From Eledone cirrhosa (taxonomy: Eukaryota): a stretch of 64,000 nt of DNA. Made by a program: the position numbers and the translations under genes. The stretch covers positions 346,456,001 through 346,520,000 of the forward strand of contig OZ024743.1 in the NCBI GenBank assembly GCA_964016885.1, written 5' to 3'. How positions within the stretch are numbered: the stretch's first letter is position 1; each line of letters opens with the position of its first letter. The notes beneath the pieces are model-generated. The model had not been told where the DNA came from, did not search any database, and saw nothing but the letters and a program-made list of their open reading frames with translations. This document shows, one piece after another, positions 56,154-64,000 of the stretch.

Positions 56154-57002
56154 TCTGGTGTAGAAAGTAGTTTAGAAAGAATAGAATAAATGCATAATAC
56201 ATGGAGTTAAATTGATAGGTAAATTCCGTCTGATATATATGTATACATTCATATACACACACATATGCACAGGCGTGAAAATATATATTTATACATACAC
56301 ACACACATACATGTGTGTGTGTGAGAGAGTATATATATATATATATACATATATACATACATATATCATGGGAGTGTGTGTGTGCCTGTTGTATATTGGT
56401 TGGTTCAGATTACATCCACAGGTGCGAAGTCTATATTAACCCATTATATATTCAAATCACTACCCACGGTGTTTTAACTCCACCACCCTACAACACAGTC
56501 AAAGCACAACCTTCTTTACTTCCGGTAGTAGGAAAACAACAATAAGTTTTCTTGTTGCTTGATTTTGTTTTTGTTATTCTTTTTTTAGTTGTTTCTTTTT
56601 TTAAGTTGATTTTATGGAGGTGGAGGAACGGTAAGATTTGAATAGGTACAGATGTACTTTGTGTGCGAGTGTGAATGTCTCTTAATTCAGTTCACATTTT
56701 TGGCATGAAAATAAAATTTAAACAAAATAGTAATAAATACATTGGAAACATATTCAGCAGGTGCAATGGCGTCCCAAACCTAGGAGAGTCCCATTGCTGC
56801 TATAACCATGATCTACCCAGCAGGAGAATATTTGCGCTCCAGTTCTTGATAGATGGCTGGTCGGTAGAATACAGCATATTCACCCCTACCATTCAACCGT
56901 TACTACACCATAGAATACCTATTTAACATCTTTACTTATTTAATGATAAGGCTCTCACACTTTATCAAACGAGCGTTTGATAGATGGATAAATAGATAGA
57001 TA

Positions 57003-57317
57003 TGTTTCTTTATTAGCCAGGGGCACAAAGGAAGGGGACAAATAAAAAGGGGGAAGTTTACAACAATAAAAACGTGTAAAATACTATCACAAATGCAATT
57101 TAAAATACAATCGATTTTCCCCAATAGGGGTAGACATTACATATGGGTAACACATATCCCCGAAAAAACGTGCAACCCTCATCTCCAGGAGTACGAAGAG
57201 TGAGTACCCCTTTCCTCTCTTCCTCTTTTTCCTCAACCTACAGGCTGATATAGAGAGAAGGCCCATTCACTCGGGCCATTCTCACCACTTTCACCCACCT
57301 TTCATAAAACTTCCTGG
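57003..57317 (-). mobile_element. Tx1 3' fragment, (ATCT)n lineage (short copy)
   Basis: KFYERWVKVVRMARVNGPSLYISL*; 3' end ...ggctaataaagaaacatatctatct. Confidence 0.85.
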
Positions 57318-57343
57318 ATAAATAGATAGATAGATAGAGAGAG

Positions 57344-57417
<74 letters not shown>

Positions 57418-57436
57418 GTAGATAAATAGATAGATA

Positions 57437-58018
57437 CATTTCTTTATTAGCCACAAGGGCACAAAAGAAGGACACAAATACAAATGGGGAGTTTACATAC
57501 AGGTATATAAAAATAAAACTATTAATAAAATAACAAATAACAATTGATATCCCCAATAGGGGGAGGCGTTAGACAGGGGTTGTACACACCCCGAAATAAT
57601 GTACAACCCTCATTTCCAGGAGCACCAAGAGTGAGTAATTCCTTCCTCTCTTCCCCTTTTCCCGCAACCTACAGGCTGCGCCACTTTCACCCACCTTTCA
57701 TAAAACTTGCTGGGGTACAGCACCTCTCTCTCCATCCTGATTCTTCTTCCAAAGTGGTATTTGAAAAAACGAATCAGTTGTTGGCCGGAGAGAAAGGTGT
57801 CTGACCTCAGCCCTTTTAACCTCGTCCACCATATAACCTCTTTCACCATAGCCATAACACATAGGAAAACCGCCTCTCCCTCGTTTTTGAAGGAGGGTGG
57901 CGGTTTGATCATGACAATGGACTCGGTGGTCAACTGGATTGGTTCCACCCGCGACAATAGTCGTTCTACATAGCCCCACAGGTCGGTAACGCCCGGGCCG
58001 TGTACAAATGCGTGCGCG
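57437..58018 (-). mobile_element. Tx1 3' fragment, (ATCT)n lineage (longer copy)
   Basis: ORF 57610-57957 ESIVMIKPPPSF...WWTRLKGL; (GATA)n at 57317-57436 and 58020-58080. Confidence 0.88.
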
Positions 58019-58036
58019 AGATAGATAGATAGATAT

Positions 58037-58080
<44 letters not shown>

Positions 58081-58638
58081 GTAAGTAAGTCTCTATATCT
58101 CTTCCACCTGTATCATATATTTTATCTTATATTTATCTACCTCTTCATCTCACTTTCAATTCATGGACACACAAACACACACACACTTATATGTGTATGC
58201 ATATACATACAAACCAGCATACACTTTCTCTCTCTCTCTATATATATATACTCTCTCTCACTCTCTCTCTCTATATATATAATGGCATTTGTACTGTCCA
58301 TAAACAGCATACACTAACACATTGTACACCAACACTCACCAAATCACCAAACATGTACAACTGACGTCAGTGTGTTTGCATCATTATCTAAGTTATATAC
58401 ACTTGATGCTATGACCCAATGGAACTGTCATTCATTTTGTCACGTGAGTGACACCCCTCGGAGTTAAGCTAACGTTCGGCGACCTGCAACAGCTTAGCTT
58501 TCCATCAATATAACTTTACAAATTATCCACCCTCCCACTACCTGACACCGTCTCCTTTTAGAATTACAATATTTTCTGTGTTATCTCCCTTTACCTTTCT
58601 CTCGCTCTCACTCTCTCTCTCTCTCTCTATCTCTCTCT

Positions 58639-58702
<64 letters not shown>

Positions 58703-58723
58703 ATATATATATACATACGTATA

Positions 58724-59061
58724 CAGTTGTCCTCCAGTATTCGCGGGGGTTACGTTCCTAAAGCAACTGCGAAGAATGGAAACCAGCGAATATTGGACGT
58801 GCTTCATAAAAATGCATATACACTTCAAAATATAACGTAAAATATAATTAATAATCTTATGCGAATGGGCGTCCAACAGGTATATTGTTAATAATAATTT
58901 AGCCTTAAAAATATATATATATTGTCACGAAAAAAACCATAAAATATCGCGGAAGATTTTACGGTTCCGCGAATATGCAGTGGTTTCCACGAACAATTAT
59001 TAGTTAAGTTCTATGGGAAATTCTGCGAATAACCGGGACCGCAAATGCCGAGGGTACACTG
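58724..59061. mobile_element. Tc1/mariner (Tigger/pogo-type) MITE
   Basis: TA-flanked; TIR cagttgtcctccagtattcgcgg / ccgcaaatgccgagggtacactg. Confidence 0.7.
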
Positions 59062-59107
59062 TATATATATAATTGTTTATGTTTTATTTCTTAATACTTA
59101 TACAATT

Positions 59108-59494
59108 AATTGTTTCTACTTTAGGCACAAGGCCAGCAATTAACCAGTGCATTACTGGTACTTTATTTTATCGACCCCGTAAGGATGAAAGGCAAAGTCA
59201 ACCTCGGCGGGATTTGAACTCAGATCGTAAAGGGACGTAACTATGCTGGAAAGCATGGCGTCCGACCTTCTACCGATACTGCCAATCCACCGCCCTAAAC
59301 AATTAATTGTTTCTACATTTAGCACAAGGCCAGTAATTATCCCAGTGCATTACTGGTACTTTTATTTTATCGACCCCGTAAGGATGAAAGGCAAAGTCAA
59401 CCTCGGCGGGATTTGAACTCAGATCGTAAAGGGACGTAACTATGCTGGAAAGCATAGCATCCGACCCTCTACCGATACTGCCAATCCACCGCCC
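59108..59494 (-). mobile_element. Two full-length tandem tRNA-derived SINEs with a triplicated 12-bp target
   Basis: tatacaattaat 59099-59110, taaacaattaat 59296-59307, tatacaattaat 59495-59506. Confidence 0.9.
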
Positions 59495-60798
59495 TATACA
59501 ATTAATATTGTCTTGTTTGTCCTTATAGCGCATTAACCGTTTAAATCTTCACCGTCACGCTACGCTGGTTTTCGGCCAATGTCTACTGACATAGAGTTCA
59601 ATACCCCTATACTTCTGTAGCAGCGAAATCCTTGGTTTTAATTAATGAATGGCATTTTCTGAGGAGGGCAGACTGTCTGTCGCCACATAACTAACCCCAG
59701 CCACTCCCATCGTGCCTACCAGCCCACAATGCTTAGCATTGATGCCTATGTGACATTCGTGCATGGTTTGACCTTTCAATAACAACAAATGGACAAGCCA
59801 TGCCCGGACAAATCTATCCTCTATTTTCTATTCTCTGTTGTGTTCAACGTAATCCTGTTAACTTATATAACTAAGTCTGCAATTAACACCTGATGAAATT
59901 ATCTAAATCTCGCATCACGATCGGATGATGAAACTGGGACATTTAAATATTTATATTGTTTTTCGGAATTAAAACTTTAAAGAAAATTTCCAGTCCAGGC
60001 TTCTGTTGTTAATGAATATTTAACTCCGTTTCTGCACCAACAACGTCATACCACCTCGGCGATGGGTGATTTGCATAACGTTCAGTGATTTAATTTATTG
60101 AATCACCGTTTACTAACCGGAACCACCAGTTCTGACCATTGTTAAACAACATAACATAAATGGAATACACCTCCTGTTACAGTCAAGCGCTTTTTTATGT
60201 AATGGAAACCGAGGCCCTGACCCTAATATAAGTGGAACCACCACCACGGATCTGCTAAAACTGAGTCTTCCTCAAAGCATTGATCCGATTGTAACGGTGC
60301 TCCGACATAGTGGTATACATATATACGGGATGTTTATGAAAGGCATTTGACGGCCTCTCGCTATGAATTTGTATGTTTGTAAACACGTTACTCACCTAAC
60401 ATCAGCAAAAGCCCTCAAATGTGTTTCTTAAACATCGTGTGTATATATAAATGTAGATATATATGTGTGTGTGTGGTGTATGTATATATGTGGATAAATT
60501 TATATATGTGTGTATAAATACACACACACACACACACACACGCATACACACACACACACATATATATATTTAATTACATAATAAGCAACGCAATTTAATT
60601 ATTCCATTAACGTCTAGCTCGTTTGTCAGACAAAACAGTCTGACAAACGAGCTAGACGTTTTTGTAAGAATCGTCATGCTTCTCGAAACCATCGGTAATG
60701 GAATATTTTTAATGTGTTGTTTATTATGTACAACACATAGAGCACTCTTCTTTTCTTTACCTTTTCTACGGAAATACTTAACACACACACATACACGC

Positions 60799-60940
<142 letters not shown>

Positions 60941-60951
60941 ATATTTATATA

Positions 60952-61650
<699 letters not shown>

Positions 61651-61699
61651 CATATATATATATATAACAAATGAAGATTATAGAAATAAGTTTTTACGT

Positions 61700-63000
61700 A
61701 GTTTAATTCTTACAATTGCTTCAGTAGATCGTTCTTTTTTCAGACTTACCACCTTCATCATCGGCTTTTGTGGAATCCACAATAGACCATTGCAGATTAA
61801 AGGATGCTTAAAATTTATTTAAAAAAGGAAAATTTGAGCTAAGGTTCTGGTACTGCTTAGGTTCTCTTTCTCAAAAAAATGGAAGTGGGAATTGTAAAAA
61901 TGTTTAAAGAGTTGGTGGTAGCACCTATAGAGAAGTTAGTTGAATTACTTATATGTGCAATGCATTTATTAACAATATTTTTCTTAATCCAATGGCCATT
62001 TTAAAATCAACTATCTGAAATACTACAGTTACATTCAGAAATAAATTTGGTATCATTGCCAGAAATGAGGTTAAGAAGGTTATTATGTGGTGCGCAGTTA
62101 CAATTTAACTTTCAATTAATTACTTTATTATTGCAATACACGTTAATGTTAGACTTTCTCAACTTGGTCTATATAATAAGGATAGATCAACTTATTTAAG
62201 GATTGTACTGTGGTTACTAAAGGTAATTTAGTCGACTGCATTAGGTGGCGTAGTGAATTATATATTAATTGGGTTATTGTTAATTAATGTATGGTACCAA
62301 TGTTTGGGAGGAATGTTTCTTTCTAAGATGCTGAAAAATAATTCAGGGATACTTGAGGTCACGTTTATTCTGAATGGAGTCTATAACCATGTCGTTTCAT
62401 GCCCGTGATTTTTATGTTTATTGTGTGGCTAGTTGACTGTGTAACGTGCAGTTCTAGTTGAAGGTATAACGTTTTCTGTTATGTATATTGACTTTTTCTG
62501 CTAGGTGGGATCTTCTATTTACAATATATGAAGTATTGAACGAATGTTCAACATTACTTGGTTCACTATGTACAAGAGATTGTACAGTCATTTATTATGT
62601 TCTGGGTGAAAAAGCGGGCCGTTGTTCCTTTCAATTTTCAGAGGTTTAACATTATTGTGGTCTGAGTCTGTAGATAATTGGGGGTTTGGAAACAGACATT
62701 ATCTCATTTAATTTTCCATATACGATATTAAGGGCTATTTTATTGTTATTAGGATAGCCCCATTTTAGAGCATTCCAAATAGTCTTTTGGTTCCTAACAC
62801 TATTGAATCTATTCCTTTTTTTTTATAGAGTTACTAGTAATCACGTTTAAATGTTTATATGTTTTATAGTAGTTATTGGTAGGGATATAATATATTTTTT
62901 TCCTTTTAACCAGATGTAACTAATAATTCATTATAATAACAGGCGCTGCAATAGAACATATCCACGTCGGTCGACAACCTGGGATTCTAGAATATACACA
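61700..63000 (-). mobile_element. Highly degenerate Penelope-like element
   Basis: Minus-strand fragments resemble PLE motifs (SDH, ...FLNKF..LN C-terminus), followed by a decayed hammerhead-like gatgatga-aggtgg...actgaagcaattgtaag; no open frame. Confidence 0.35.
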
Positions 63001-63224
63001 CGTAACGATAGAATTGATCACTGGTTTTAAATGATTAAACAAACTATGCACGTAGCATAGATGTTCTCCTGGTTTGTAATAAATCGGTATTGAGCAGTGT
63101 TCATTTCTAAAGCAATACTCAAAAATTTAACAATCTTATACTTTAAGTCTATTTTGTTGCTAAGGCTATAAGTTTTGAAAATTTTTAATGTTTTCTAGTC
63201 TACGCTGGTTAAAATTTTCCCACT

Positions 63225-64000
63225 GAAAATATACACATTGAAACAAACACAAACACATGCACAGCCACAGACACACTTACAGGCACAGACACATACACCT
63301 CATCTTCCAGTAGCGAAGAAGAACAAAACGATAACCCCCCCCCCCCCACACACACACACACACAAAAGAAAAAAAAGAAGGCACATAAAATCCTCCACAC
63401 AACACACACACACACAACAAAAAATGCAGACGCCTCACACAAAACAACCACAAACTTCCACAACAACAAACCACAATCTCCTAATCGCAATCACCCACAA
63501 CAAACACTACAACGAAACAAAACACAACCTCGTGCTATTAAGAAGGGACAACAAGGATTTGATGGCCATGATAGTGCGAAGGAAAGACATAGAAAAGGAG
63601 GGGGAAATATTCGGCACCACCACATTAAGCGTACCCGTGGATCGGTCGATGGTACTTATGTCGTTCGGTGCCTACAAAGAGATCATAAAGAGCATTCCTC
63701 AGGACGTGGAAACCCCGTAGGTGAAACCCACGGCAATACTCTTAAACCGGTTCCCAAAGAAAACCCCACCAACCATAGAGGTCGAACAATCTGTCCTTCA
63801 CAAGCCACCGGGAGGTAAGTAAACCTTTCTTCTCTCTTTTAGCTTGCCAATATGGCCATTCTAAGAGTATGATGCTTAAATGTTCGTGACCTGGGGTCGC
63901 CCTGGAAGTGGGGTCGCTTGCTCAACGTCTTCAGGTCACAAAATATGTTTGTGATTGTCGTCTGTGAGACCAGAATTTCCAACACATGCGCACTAGTCCA
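63225..64000 (+). mobile_element. Tx1 LINE (copy 5): ORF1 C-terminal half and ORF2 start, running off the window
   Basis: ORF 63238 ...DIEKEGEIFG...YKEIIKSIPQDVETP; ATG 63852 MAILRV*CLNVRDLGSPWK...ETRIS. Confidence 0.88.

Noticed and set aside
55448-59506. CRISPR-like or tRNA-gene reading of the repeated SINE units
   Set aside because: Eukaryotic SINE dimers with TSDs; the heads are tRNA-derived but I could not fold a complete cloverleaf, and there are no spacers or cas genes.

Overview
AT-rich eukaryotic intergenic or intronic DNA full of microsatellites. I can support no host protein-coding gene; the long IYIY/CVCV ORFs are (TA)n/(CA)n artefacts. The SINE family suggests an octopod cephalopod (inference, not verified). 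Bases ~950-18,100 are a retrotransposon pile-up strung on (ATT)n tracts: two R4/Dong-type (RLE) fragments on the minus strand, three head-to-tail L1/Tx1-clade LINEs (one almost intact, 8710-14521), tiny Tx1 3' stubs and SINE pieces. More Tx1 copies lie at 52-55 kb, 57-58 kb (a sister lineage bordered by (ATCT)n) and 63.2-64 kb. The rest is RTE fragments, tRNA-derived SINEs, MITEs, a Helitron-like repeat and several Penelope/retrozyme-like hammerhead-ribozyme fold-back elements in (TA)n. Best leads: (1) an (ATT)n-targeting Tx1 system whose 3' end is shared by the local SINE; (2) a conserved AG|GTAAGT splice donor at the Tx1 ORF1 end; (3) a hammerhead-bearing ~320-bp unit found in circularly permuted form; (4) fold-back insertions that turn at or near hammerhead motifs.
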